Shown here: positions 18,783-27,833 of the stretch, in pieces
Position numbering within the stretch: the first letter of the stretch is position 1
Layout of the letters: each line of letters opens with the position of its first letter
From: a virus
Lineage: Duplodnaviria; Caudoviricetes
Strand: one strand, 5' to 3'
Virus record (IMG/VR): IMGVR_UViG_2974670102_000001
Location: 128,001 to 192,000 of that record
DNA length: 64,000 nucleotides
Program-made: the position numbers and the translations under genes
Notes under the pieces: model-generated
Told to the model about the DNA's origin: nothing
What the model saw: only the letters and a program-made list of their open reading frames with translations
Database searches by the model: none

Positions 18783-19409
18783 ATGGCTAAAAAGAAAGTG
18801 AAAAAGCCGCGCGAAGCCTACGTTTTGCCCGAGACCTCGGGTCTGGCACCTGACACCAAGCGTGTTTTGGCGCTGGACCCGGGGTCTAGCAACACGGGTA
18901 TCGCGCTAGTTGCCGTAAATTCGGCAGGGCGGGTGAAAGTCATGGCCAACGCGGTACTGGAAAAGCCAGTAGCAGACCTAACCAAGTTCGGAGAATCGCG
19001 GACCGCGTTTTTGGCAGAGATTAAACGGTGGGTCGACTTGTACCAACCGCAGGGTTTCATTGCCGAGCGGTTCATGACGCGCGGACAGCAATCGATGGGT
19101 ACTACTATCGAATGCGTGTCCGTCATGATCGGGCTGATGGCCGGAACCTATCCGGAAATTCCGATGCTCACGATCCCGGCAGCGCAGTGGAAGAACGCAT
19201 GGCACCACAGGCACAAGGGTGCCACGCTCGAAGAGACGTACAAGATTTCGCGCACAACCCCTCACCAAGTAGATGCCGCGTTCATTGGCATCTACGCACT
19301 GGAGCGTGGGTTGGGCAAGACGTTCGAATACGACCCGATGCGTATCGTTCACCAAGCAGAGATCACAAGCTGTACCAGACTTGTAAATCGTAGACCAAAG
19401 AAGAGGTGA
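18783..19409 (+). CDS. RuvC-like Holliday junction resolvase
   Basis: VLALDPGSSNTGIA, FIAE, WK, HQVDA. Confidence 0.8.
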   Translation: MAKKKVKKPREAYVLPETSGLAPDTKRVLALDPGSSNTGIALVAVNSAGRVKVMANAVLEKPVADLTKFGESRTAFLAEIKRWVDLYQPQGFIAERFMTRGQQSMGTTIECVSVMIGLMAGTYPEIPMLTIPAAQWKNAWHHRHKGATLEETYKISRTTPHQVDAAFIGIYALERGLGKTFEYDPMRIVHQAEITSCTRLVNRRPKKR

Positions 19410-19413
19410 GGAC

Positions 19414-19653
19414 ATGAAAGCACAACTTCCTCAAGCATTCACGAGTGCGGGCGTTACCCGCACCCAGATCGCAGCCGCAATCGCGCCCGCAAACAAGATC
19501 GAAGCGCGCATCAACATGAGCGCTGAAGTGGCGGGTGCCGGGCTCTGCCCCGAGTGTAAGAAGCCAATGGAACGCAGCAACGCCAACGGCTTCCCAGTCC
19601 TGATCTGTGAGGCGCACCGTATCGCTATACCGATGCCCAACGGAACCGTGTGA
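19414..19653 (+). CDS. small zinc-ribbon protein
   Basis: CPEC...CEAH; GAGG RBS. Confidence 0.65.
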   Translation: MKAQLPQAFTSAGVTRTQIAAAIAPANKIEARINMSAEVAGAGLCPECKKPMERSNANGFPVLICEAHRIAIPMPNGTV

Positions 19654-19660
19654 GGCTCCT

Positions 19661-20527
19661 ATGGCTGAGAAAAAGAAACCCGCGCTGACCATCGAAGAAA
19701 TGATGGGCTTTGATCTGCGGGACAAAACCGATGCGGTGCCCAAGAAGGTGAAGAAGGACAAGACGAAGGTAAAACGGGCTCCGGCTCTGGATATCGAAGA
19801 CGTGGAAGCGGTCGAGATTCCGGTGCCGAAGAAAAAGAAGCGAGGGCGTCCACCGGAACCGCGCAACGACGAAATGACCCGTCGCGAGCGTGACCGGGAC
19901 GCACCAGCCCCGTCTACGGCTCTCGAAGTCATTGGGCGCGATCCGCTCGAAGACGACGAAGACGACATGGCGCTTACTGCGGTCAAGAAAAAGAAACATA
20001 AGGAGTCCGACGAAGATTCCGGAAACCGAATCTCTCGACTGAAGTCTAGCGGCCTGAACTCCATTCTTGGTGACGATGCCGAAAAGCTGCAACAGCTTCT
20101 CGAAGACGGTGACGCCGATTCAGCGGCCAACGCTCTTCAGAAGCGGATGCTTCAGACCTGTATTGACCTGATTGCAGAGGTTGAAAACGGGGTTCGTGAA
20201 TCGAAGGGGCGCTACGGTGTCCACTCGTTCAACAACCTCATCATGTCGATTCGTGAACTCATGACCGACATGCAACAAACGAAGGATCGGGGCGCTATAG
20301 GGCTGACTATCAGTGAGACGGTGTTGCGACCGCTCTTGCTCGACATTGCGATGATGATCATGAACGAAACAGCGGCTATTACGGCTGCTGTGAAGCCTTT
20401 AGTATCCCTTGACGACTTCAAAGAGTTTCGTAAAGAGATAGATGAGGTTCGCGCGCGTACCGGCGCGTTCATGCAGTCGTCGTATGCGGGGGCACGAGAT
20501 CGCATCATCGAGTTCATGCAACGTTAA
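19661..20527 (+). CDS. hypothetical DNA-binding protein, possibly terminase small subunit
   Basis: AT-hook-like KKKKRGRPP and a helical C-terminal domain; lies between terL and portal. Confidence 0.4.
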   Translation: MAEKKKPALTIEEMMGFDLRDKTDAVPKKVKKDKTKVKRAPALDIEDVEAVEIPVPKKKKRGRPPEPRNDEMTRRERDRDAPAPSTALEVIGRDPLEDDEDDMALTAVKKKKHKESDEDSGNRISRLKSSGLNSILGDDAEKLQQLLEDGDADSAANALQKRMLQTCIDLIAEVENGVRESKGRYGVHSFNNLIMSIRELMTDMQQTKDRGAIGLTISETVLRPLLLDIAMMIMNETAAITAAVKPLVSLDDFKEFRKEIDEVRARTGAFMQSSYAGARDRIIEFMQR

Positions 20528-20541
20528 CGAAGGTGGTGATC

Positions 20542-20679
20542 ATGGTCTTGTCGGCTTATGCTTCAGCGGTGCACCTCGGTGCCTTCATTCTTTCGGTGTA
20601 CGGAGTAGCGGAGTTCGCGCACGAGGTAACGCTGCACATAGCAGCAAAGGATATGTGGTGGCAAAGAAATCGACAATGA
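20542..20679 (+). CDS. small hypothetical protein (45 aa, not in ORF track)
   Basis: AAGGTGGT RBS; stop overlaps the next ATG (ATGA). Confidence 0.45.
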   Translation: MVLSAYASAVHLGAFILSVYGVAEFAHEVTLHIAAKDMWWQRNRQ

Positions 20680-21152
20680 CGCGTGCCGAGGTGGCAAGTA
20701 CCATCAAGGCCAAGGTAGCGGATTATTGGCGAGAGAAAATGTATGCCGTTAGCGCAGAGGTCGGCCTGAATAAGGGCGGTTCTCTGCGCGCTGACGTTTT
20801 AGCGGTCCACATGAAGAACGAAATCGTGATGGTGGAAGTCAAGTCGTGTTTGGCCGACTTCCGAAACGACCGCAAGTGGCCGCAGTACCTGAAGTACTGC
20901 AATCGACTGTTCTTCGCAGTCGGTGCCGCGACATACGAGAAAATCAAAGCTGATATTCCGCCTGAAGTTGGGGTGTTCGTCATTCGCTCCTATCTAAACA
21001 AGAAGTATTCGTACAAGCGTACAGCCATACGAATGGTCAGGTCTGCGAAGCATCGTGAGATCGACCCGAGCATTATGGCCAACGTGGCTATTCGCATGGC
21101 ATACCGTGGTGCCGACATGACGCGGTTCCGGGTAAACAACAGAATCAAATAA
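20676..21152 (+). CDS. MmcB-like PD-(D/E)XK endonuclease
   Basis: RADVLA...VEVKSCLADFRNDRKWPQYLKYCNRLFFAV...IPPEVG. Confidence 0.8.
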   Translation: MTRAEVASTIKAKVADYWREKMYAVSAEVGLNKGGSLRADVLAVHMKNEIVMVEVKSCLADFRNDRKWPQYLKYCNRLFFAVGAATYEKIKADIPPEVGVFVIRSYLNKKYSYKRTAIRMVRSAKHREIDPSIMANVAIRMAYRGADMTRFRVNNRIK

Positions 21153-21162
21153 GGAGTAGTCA

Positions 21163-23118
21163 ATGTACACGCGCAATCGCATTCTCGGGGTCCATGGTGG
21201 CTCCATCAACGTAGACCCGGTTGGTGACAGTAACGTGGTTGCTGCCCGGGCAGTGCGCGCGAACATGATGCCTGTGACCGCGAACATGGGTTACGGCGGT
21301 CTGGGCCTCGGCGGCGGTTCCGGTGCCTCCACAAACGTCAACAGTTTCTGGGCATCGAACTATCAGTACATGATGACGGGCATCCTGCCCGCAGACCCCG
21401 GTCTTACCGATACTGCCAACCTGAAGCTGTTCTATCGGGACATCTACCTGTTCGACAGCACGGCCGGTTCCGCAATCGACATTCAGTCGCACTTCCCATT
21501 CTCGGACTGGGAATTGCGTGGCCTCACGGAGAAGGAACTTGCTCCGTTCAACGAGACGCTGATGCGCCTCAACATCCGCCAGATGCTGCCGTTGATCAGC
21601 ACTGCTTATCTGGTAGACGGATTCTTCTGCGGGTCCATGGTGTTCGATCCGCGTTCGCGCCAGTTCATGGATACGCTAATCCACGACGCGCTTTCCTGCA
21701 ACGTGCTTCCGTCGTCGTTCTTCTGCATCGATCCCGAGATCAGTGTGACTACGAGTCAGGCAACGCAGCAGATGTTGCATTCTGCCTCAGAGTACACGCG
21801 TCGCTATCTCGATTCGATGCCGCAGTCGTTTGTGAACCAGCTTCGCGACGGCGCGTTCACGTTGGACCCAGTGACCATGCTGTATGTGGCGCGTCGCTCC
21901 ACCACGGACCGTGCGTCGACCTCGTACCTGCACCGTATTCTCCCGATGTACCTGATCGAGAAGACGCTGTTCCGGGGCACGCTCACCGAGGCGCAACGAC
22001 GCCAGCGTGCAATGACCCACCTGACGGCCGGCGACGACAAGTGGACGCCGACTGGCGAAGAACTGAACGCGCTGGTCCGCACGTTCCAGCAGGCCGAATA
22101 CGATCCGCTCGGCGGCTGGGTGTCGACTCGTAACGCGGTTCAGGCGGTCGACATTCGACCCGGTGGTGACTTCTGGCGCTGGTACGATACGGCCGACGTT
22201 CTGGTGCCGTACAAGCTGCGTGCCATGGGCATCAGCGAGGCGTTCATGGAAGGCGACACTTCGTACGCGGCAGCAGAGTCTGCGTACTCGTCGTTCCTTG
22301 AGACCCAGAACTCGTACCGACAGTACCTGACGGACTCGATCTTCTACTCGAAGATTTTCCCGCTCGTCGCCGTCATCAACGACCTGTACAAGGACCCGAA
22401 GAAGCGTGCGCAGACCGGTCACGTCGTCGACTTCCTGTTCAACAAGGGCAACCGCCAGAACCTCAAGATGCCGCAGCTTCACTGGCACAAGAAGCTTGAG
22501 GTGAAGGGCGAAGAGAACATGATGGAAATGCTCGAACTCGCATCCGAGAAGGGCGTTCCAGTTCCGCTCAAGATGTGGATGGCAGCAGCCCAGATCGATC
22601 CGGAAGCGCTCGACCGCGACCTCAAGGAAGATCGTGCGTATCGCGCGATGCTCCAGAAGTACACGGGCAAGGACACCAGCTTCCAAGCCGAGACCGAGAA
22701 CATCAACAGCCCTTGGGTGGGCAAAGAGGGTGGATGGGGTCATGGTGGCCCGCGCAGTGATCGTGATGAAATGGAAGACCGTGGTATCGAGCGAGCCGAG
22801 GAACCCGAGTTGCGCGCCCTGTTCGAACGCACGGCCGCTGGTAACCGCACCAGCGAATCCTTCAACCTCAATAGCCGGGGCTACCGTCAGCCGCTGCTGG
22901 CACGTGAATTCGAAGGCGACTCGTGGACGTTGACGAAGACTGGCAAAATCAAGCACAACCCGAATCCGGTGAACGCTCGACGCCAGATGAACGACAACAT
23001 CTACAAGATCGCGAAGCGCGCGACACGCGATCCGAACTACCGTGCGGAGTTGAAGAAACGCAATATCGAAAAACGGGGAAGCGCGGTCCTGCGCCACAAC
23101 CCCGCACTCAAGGACTGA
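21163..23118 (+). CDS. portal protein
   Basis: 651 aa downstream of terminase; YRDIY..D...GSAID..FP and LRAMGISEAF..GDTSYA segments typical of portals; AAGGAG RBS. Confidence 0.7.
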   Translation: MYTRNRILGVHGGSINVDPVGDSNVVAARAVRANMMPVTANMGYGGLGLGGGSGASTNVNSFWASNYQYMMTGILPADPGLTDTANLKLFYRDIYLFDSTAGSAIDIQSHFPFSDWELRGLTEKELAPFNETLMRLNIRQMLPLISTAYLVDGFFCGSMVFDPRSRQFMDTLIHDALSCNVLPSSFFCIDPEISVTTSQATQQMLHSASEYTRRYLDSMPQSFVNQLRDGAFTLDPVTMLYVARRSTTDRASTSYLHRILPMYLIEKTLFRGTLTEAQRRQRAMTHLTAGDDKWTPTGEELNALVRTFQQAEYDPLGGWVSTRNAVQAVDIRPGGDFWRWYDTADVLVPYKLRAMGISEAFMEGDTSYAAAESAYSSFLETQNSYRQYLTDSIFYSKIFPLVAVINDLYKDPKKRAQTGHVVDFLFNKGNRQNLKMPQLHWHKKLEVKGEENMMEMLELASEKGVPVPLKMWMAAAQIDPEALDRDLKEDRAYRAMLQKYTGKDTSFQAETENINSPWVGKEGGWGHGGPRSDRDEMEDRGIERAEEPELRALFERTAAGNRTSESFNLNSRGYRQPLLAREFEGDSWTLTKTGKIKHNPNPVNARRQMNDNIYKIAKRATRDPNYRAELKKRNIEKRGSAVLRHNPALKD

Positions 23119-23124
23119 CAAATT

Positions 23125-23367
23125 ATGTACTCCTTTCTTGTGAACTCTAGCCGACCGGACCCCAACGATTTCAGTTGGCACGTTTACTCGAAAGCTACAC
23201 CCACGGCAGTCAGCGCGAACCTCACGCTCGAAAAAGGCGTCAAGTTTGGGGTTCGCGCGCACCCGGTGTCGCAACACTCTGTTCAGGTGGTAGTCGCTGG
23301 TGCGTCGCGCGTCTATAGCGTGAGTGCCCACCGACTTCCCCGCCTCTCCAAAGGAGCACGAAAATGA
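23125..23367 (+). CDS. hypothetical protein
   Basis: 80-aa ORF in operon. Confidence 0.6.
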   Translation: MYSFLVNSSRPDPNDFSWHVYSKATPTAVSANLTLEKGVKFGVRAHPVSQHSVQVVVAGASRVYSVSAHRLPRLSKGARK

Positions 23368-23810
23368 AGCCGAACATTCTGCACTGGGGAATCGTGTACG
23401 ACAGGTACACCCCGGCCGTCGAAGGGCAGATCGTTCGCGATCTGATCCTCGTCATCAATAAGGCACGTAGTGAGTACTCCGACGTAATCGTCGTGTGCGA
23501 ATCCGATGAGCCGCGTCGCGCGGTCGAAGCTCTTGGCATAGACCTCGATAACACGGTTGAACTCGCGAAATACTGGGTGCAGTACAAGACAGGAGAGCGC
23601 TGGCCCCCGGTCCCCGGCAACGCCCGAGCCATCGTTCAGCGTGACCTGTATCAGAAGCCCGCAAAGGTACGTATGGACCCGAGCGGTCGTGACAAGGGCT
23701 TCTTCCTGCCAGAACAGGGGAAGCCAAACAACAACTACCTGACGCTAAACCGGCCAGCGCCTAACGGCTATGCGCCGGTTGACCCGATTCTGGTGTCGTT
23801 GTGGACCTAA
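23364..23810 (+). CDS. hypothetical protein
   Basis: ATGA-coupled; AAGGAG RBS. Confidence 0.65.
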   Translation: MKPNILHWGIVYDRYTPAVEGQIVRDLILVINKARSEYSDVIVVCESDEPRRAVEALGIDLDNTVELAKYWVQYKTGERWPPVPGNARAIVQRDLYQKPAKVRMDPSGRDKGFFLPEQGKPNNNYLTLNRPAPNGYAPVDPILVSLWT

Positions 23811-23819
23811 AGGACGATC

Positions 23820-24089
23820 ATGGAGATCAATGCAGCAACTCGTTTGGTGGCAACCGAGAAATGGAGCCACGATGTGCACACGAAAAAGCATCCGCCTGAG
23901 CACAAGTTCAGCGACGGCTCTGCCGAGTCGATTGCGGAATGGGCGCGCAAGTCGCACGGTGGCGACACCAAGAAGGCGATGGATTCGCTCAACTTCTACA
24001 TCAACCGGGCCGGTCACAACCTGAGCGAAGAGCAGCGGTCGAAGGTCGAGCACGCCAAGAAGCTGTTGGGCGGCGGGGACAAAAAGTAA
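23820..24089 (+). CDS. DUF3175-like small protein
   Basis: WSHDV...F...IA...AMDSLNFYINRAGHNL...EHAK. Confidence 0.7.
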   Translation: MEINAATRLVATEKWSHDVHTKKHPPEHKFSDGSAESIAEWARKSHGGDTKKAMDSLNFYINRAGHNLSEEQRSKVEHAKKLLGGGDKK

Positions 24090-24094
24090 GTTCC

Positions 24095-24103
24095 CAATTT
24101 TAT
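24095..24103 (+). promoter_or_regulatory. class B motif CAATTTTAT
   Basis: Intergenic copy. Confidence 0.6.
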
Positions 24104-24104
24104 A

Positions 24105-24238
24105 GCGGTAATCCCGTGAGCGTATGGGACGTTTTTCTTCAGGCGAGTGTTGGTTTTGGGCCTGTACGCTGTTGTAGGAGAGGTCGTGCTTCGGCAGGCT
24201 GGTTCGCGGGAACCAGTTTAGACCTCTCCTTTCTTTTT
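24105..24238 (+). ncRNA. candidate structured small RNA (three-way junction with U tail)
   Basis: AGGAGAGGTC/GACCTCTCCT 10-bp stem enclosing a cUUCGg hairpin and a CTGGTTC/GAACCAG hairpin, then TTCTTTTT. Confidence 0.45.
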
Positions 24239-24312
24239 GCCCCGGTGCTGGCAATCACCGTGAGGATCGCATATCTGCCAGCACAAAGGGCCTCAGTATA
24301 AGCGAGCGCCAA

Positions 24313-25062
24313 ATGAAGTCCCCCATGAATTTTTATGTGTACCAACTGAGGCGCGCGGATCAGTCCCTGCCATTCTATGTAGGCAAAGGGAAGGATGATC
24401 GCGCTTGGGACCATACGCGTCCCTACAACCTCCGAAAAGACAAGTCGTTCAAGGCGAACGTCATACGCGCTGCGCACAGGGAAGGCGTAGAGATTGTAGT
24501 TGAGATAGTGCACACGAACCTCACGAGTGTGGCCGCTATCGATCTTGAAGAATACTGGATTGATTTCTACGGACGCCGCGATACCGGCACAGGATGCTTA
24601 GCCAATCTCACAGATGGCCGTGAAGGCACGTCGGGATTCAAGTGGTCCGAAGAGGCTAAGGCCAAGCTCATGGAGGCGCTGGCAGTAGCTAACAACACCA
24701 GAGAGGCTAGGGCGGCTAAATCGAAAGCACTCCTTGGCAAGAAGCGTGTTGCTGAATTGAAGCCGCGCAAGAAGAAGCCGCTTTCCGGAAAACCTGATCG
24801 CATGACTCCGCAGGGACGGGCACGACAGCTTGAATCGATCGTTGGAAAGCCACTATCTGAAGAAACCAAGACTAAGCTGCGCGTGGTATGTGCTGGAGAA
24901 AAGGCGTACAACGCAAGCTTCACTGCACAGCAGGTAATGGAGATACGGGCAGAGCACGCCAAGGGTGAGAAGTCAGCCACTCAACTTGCCAAGGACTACG
25001 GAGTATCCCTATCGGCCATGGGCAAATTGATTAACAGGCAGACGTATAAGGAGGTCCCATGA
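24313..25062 (+). mobile_element. free-standing GIY-YIG homing endonuclease gene (NUMOD3-like repeats, C-terminal HTH)
   Basis: FYVYQL...PFYVGKG..RAWDH, catalytic E, YGR...GCLANLTDG, SEEAKAK and SEETKTKL repeats, TQLAKDYGVS HTH. Confidence 0.85.
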
Positions 25063-26207
25063 GTTTTTTGAGCGACGCAGTATCAAGAGCTACCCAGCAG
25101 ATTAAGACTGGCGTGAACTCACAAATTAGCAGACAGGTTCAAGGTATCAAGGGCGCAGTGTCCAGTGCCGAGAACGCTGTAGTAAACGCAGCGGCAGGTG
25201 TCGTAAATAATACGGTACGCACTGCTGTTGGCACCGCCATTGGCGCAGCCGCAGACCTATTGTCCGGTAACCCGGGAGGTGCGCTGACGACTCTGGCCAA
25301 TGCGCCAGAAAAGATTTTGGGCTCTGCACTAGGCGGCCTAGGCGGCTTTGCCGGGCCTTCGTCACTGGACCTAACGGGCCCGGGGACGCTATCGGAAATG
25401 TCGAGTTCGGGTGGTATCAACCCGGGCGACAACTTGTTCGGTGCCCTAAACCGCACGGACCCGATGATGAACTACAGTTGGTACTGCCAACTTCCGGTGA
25501 TCAGTCCGGGCTCCACGCAATCGGAATCTCCCACATCTGGTTCGATTCTCGGGAACTTGGCAGGTAGCCTAGGCAACATCCTGAAGTCGAGTATCGCAGG
25601 TTCCGTCAGCACGAGCGGAAGCGCGCAGCTTCCATGGTACTTCGTGGAGGGCGCTACGTGCCCGTTCCGTCAGTACGACACGGTGACGATCTTCCGTGAG
25701 GGCCGAGACCGCAAGTACCCGTCGAAGTATTCGGTGGACAACCTGCAACTTACGATGTACGCGGACTCCGCAAACCAAACCTTCCAGTACCTGCAAGCGT
25801 GGAACAACGCGATCCTGACGCCCTTCGGCGCGACGGCCGCTGCAACCATGGGCGGGGGCTGGGGACGCCCGAGCGACTACAAGAAGCCGATCTTCATCTA
25901 CCTGCTGGACGTTACGAATCAGGTAGTAGCCCTAATCGAATACGTGGAATGCTGGCCCGTGTCCGTCGAGCAGTACACATTGGAGTCCGGCTCTAGCCAG
26001 CGTGTTGTCAACCGCGTGAACTTCTCGGTCGGTGACGTGTTCATCAACCTGATGGAAGTGTCGAGCGATCTGATCGGTGAGGTGCTGTACAACGCAGGTG
26101 CAAGTGCAGTGAACGCAGGTGTGAGCGCCGTGGGCGGTTTGGCCCAGCAAGGCTTGAACACCGCAATCAATTCCATGAGCGGCGCGCTCGATGGAATTTT
26201 CTCATAA
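25059..26207 (+). CDS. baseplate tail-tube initiator (gp54/gp19-fold like)
   Basis: REGRDRKYP...LTMY...W...YVECWPVSVEQYTL...VNFS tube-fold pattern; first gene of the baseplate operon. Confidence 0.55.
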   Translation: MSFLSDAVSRATQQIKTGVNSQISRQVQGIKGAVSSAENAVVNAAAGVVNNTVRTAVGTAIGAAADLLSGNPGGALTTLANAPEKILGSALGGLGGFAGPSSLDLTGPGTLSEMSSSGGINPGDNLFGALNRTDPMMNYSWYCQLPVISPGSTQSESPTSGSILGNLAGSLGNILKSSIAGSVSTSGSAQLPWYFVEGATCPFRQYDTVTIFREGRDRKYPSKYSVDNLQLTMYADSANQTFQYLQAWNNAILTPFGATAAATMGGGWGRPSDYKKPIFIYLLDVTNQVVALIEYVECWPVSVEQYTLESGSSQRVVNRVNFSVGDVFINLMEVSSDLIGEVLYNAGASAVNAGVSAVGGLAQQGLNTAINSMSGALDGIFS

Positions 26208-26221
26208 GTAGGTAGACCTAA

Positions 26222-27652
26222 ATGTCCGAACAAAACTACGTACCGCAATCCCAGACGACTAGCTTCTCTGCGTTTCCAGCAGACAGGCAAGCCGAACTGG
26301 CTCGCATTCAGGCCAACAAGATGCAGAGCCTAGCGCATCTGCCTATGCCCGTGAAGATGCCGGACGGCACGGAACATCCGGGTCACCCGGGCGGCCCACG
26401 CGGCCCGCAGCACGTAGGCGCAGCAGCCCGACAGGCCGCGCGTCCCACGCACATGCCACAGGGGCCAGTGCTTGCGACCATCGACCCTAACCTCCAGATG
26501 CCTGCCTCTGCGCCTCCTGCCGTTCGACCGGGTGTAGCAGTCCATCGACAAGCAGAGCAGCAAGCGGATGCCATGTTCGCAGCCGCAGCCGGGGGCTTTA
26601 CGTCGCCCGTACCGCAGCCTCTTCCGGTGCCGGTCCCTAACACGCCTCCGGTGGCACACGCGATGGTTCCGCAGCATCAGTTCCATGCAGCGCCGATCCC
26701 GACTCCGCAGCCTATGGCACCTGCACCCGTAGCCCCGAACTTGGTTCAGGCGTACGTGAATCAGGTGGCGACGCAGCATCCCGGCGTCATTAACCCGGTG
26801 GCGGATTCCGAGTACATGTCGGTCGAGCTTCCCTCGCGTTTCTCCTATTACGGATTTACCGACCTGTACGTGTGTCCGTTCCGGGCGAAGCATCTGAGCA
26901 AGCTTCAGAAGGCGCATCGTGAGCAGTCGTTGCTTGCCATGGTCGAAGCCGTATCGGCAGTGTGCTATACGACAAGCCCTGAATACGCGGGTCGTCCGAT
27001 GGCGTTCGAACTCACGCTCCCTGACTTCTTCTTCGTCCTGTACTGGCTGCGCCTGAACTCGTTCACGAAGAGCAACTACGTGCACAACACGGTGTGCGAA
27101 GACAAGGGCCACGTAAAGCGCGTGTCATACACGCTGAACGCGCGCGAGTTCGATGAGCAGGTGGCTCGTGGTGATATGACGGCAGAGGAACGGGCACAGA
27201 TCGCGGCACTTGCGCTGCCCCCGGAATCGCTGAAGCTGTCGCAGATCATCACGCAGACCAACATGAAGGTTCGCGAACTGGAGACAAAGCCGGACCCGGC
27301 AGTCTACTGTCTGGCCGACGCGCCGGAACTGATCATGCGGCCCCCGACCATGCGCGATGTTCTGGAGTTTGCAGAGTCCCCAGAAATGAAGGACCCCGAA
27401 CAACGTTCGGAATTCTCGTTCTTGGCGCAACTCGCGACTCATATCCAGCACACTGCTGGCTACCTGACGCTGCGTCAACGCCTCGACATCGTTGGCGAGT
27501 GCTCGGCTGATCAGGTATCGCTGATCAAGGACTTCGAGAACCAGTTGAAAGACTACGGTGTCGAAGAGCGTGTACGTATCCAGTGCAAGGAGTGTGGTGC
27601 GGTCTCGGAGACGAAGTTGTCTCTGGCCGCCCACAGCTTCTTTCCCTCTTAA
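26222..27652 (+). CDS. baseplate hub assembly chaperone (gp26-like) with Pro-rich N-terminus
   Basis: VELPS, PFRAK, LTLPDFFFVLYWLRLNS, MRPPT, CKECG, terminal FF. Confidence 0.65.
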   Translation: MSEQNYVPQSQTTSFSAFPADRQAELARIQANKMQSLAHLPMPVKMPDGTEHPGHPGGPRGPQHVGAAARQAARPTHMPQGPVLATIDPNLQMPASAPPAVRPGVAVHRQAEQQADAMFAAAAGGFTSPVPQPLPVPVPNTPPVAHAMVPQHQFHAAPIPTPQPMAPAPVAPNLVQAYVNQVATQHPGVINPVADSEYMSVELPSRFSYYGFTDLYVCPFRAKHLSKLQKAHREQSLLAMVEAVSAVCYTTSPEYAGRPMAFELTLPDFFFVLYWLRLNSFTKSNYVHNTVCEDKGHVKRVSYTLNAREFDEQVARGDMTAEERAQIAALALPPESLKLSQIITQTNMKVRELETKPDPAVYCLADAPELIMRPPTMRDVLEFAESPEMKDPEQRSEFSFLAQLATHIQHTAGYLTLRQRLDIVGECSADQVSLIKDFENQLKDYGVEERVRIQCKECGAVSETKLSLAAHSFFPS

Positions 27653-27668
27653 TAGCAGCAAGGACACG

Positions 27669-27821
27669 ATGGAACGGTACAACCTGATCGTTTCGGAGTA
27701 CGGTGTATATCCTCCGGACGACATGCCGATCTATCGCTTCCAGCAACTCAGTGAGTCGGCGCAGGCGCGTCGCGACAAGCGGATCGAGGCTGCTGAGAAG
27801 GGACACACTTTCGTAGGCTAA
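27669..27821 (+). CDS. small hub/tail assembly protein (gp51-like)
   Basis: DDMPIYRF motif; lies between the gp26-like gene and the tape-measure-like gene. Confidence 0.5.
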   Translation: MERYNLIVSEYGVYPPDDMPIYRFQQLSESAQARRDKRIEAAEKGHTFVG

Positions 27822-27833
27822 CAGAGGTGAGCC

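Noticed and set aside
21787-23331. 514-aa antisense ORF (likewise 35129-36715, 17432-18616 and 6505-7764)
   Set aside because: Antisense shadows of well-supported genes in high-GC3 DNA
24176-24230. Known self-cleaving ribozyme or tRNA
   Set aside because: No hammerhead CUGAnGA/GAAA core and no cloverleaf or T-loop; kept only as an unassigned structured RNA
24090-25062. Group I intron hosting the GIY-YIG endonuclease
   Set aside because: Flanking genes look intact, the endonuclease stop overlaps the next start, and I cannot find a P7 core or 3' intron sequence
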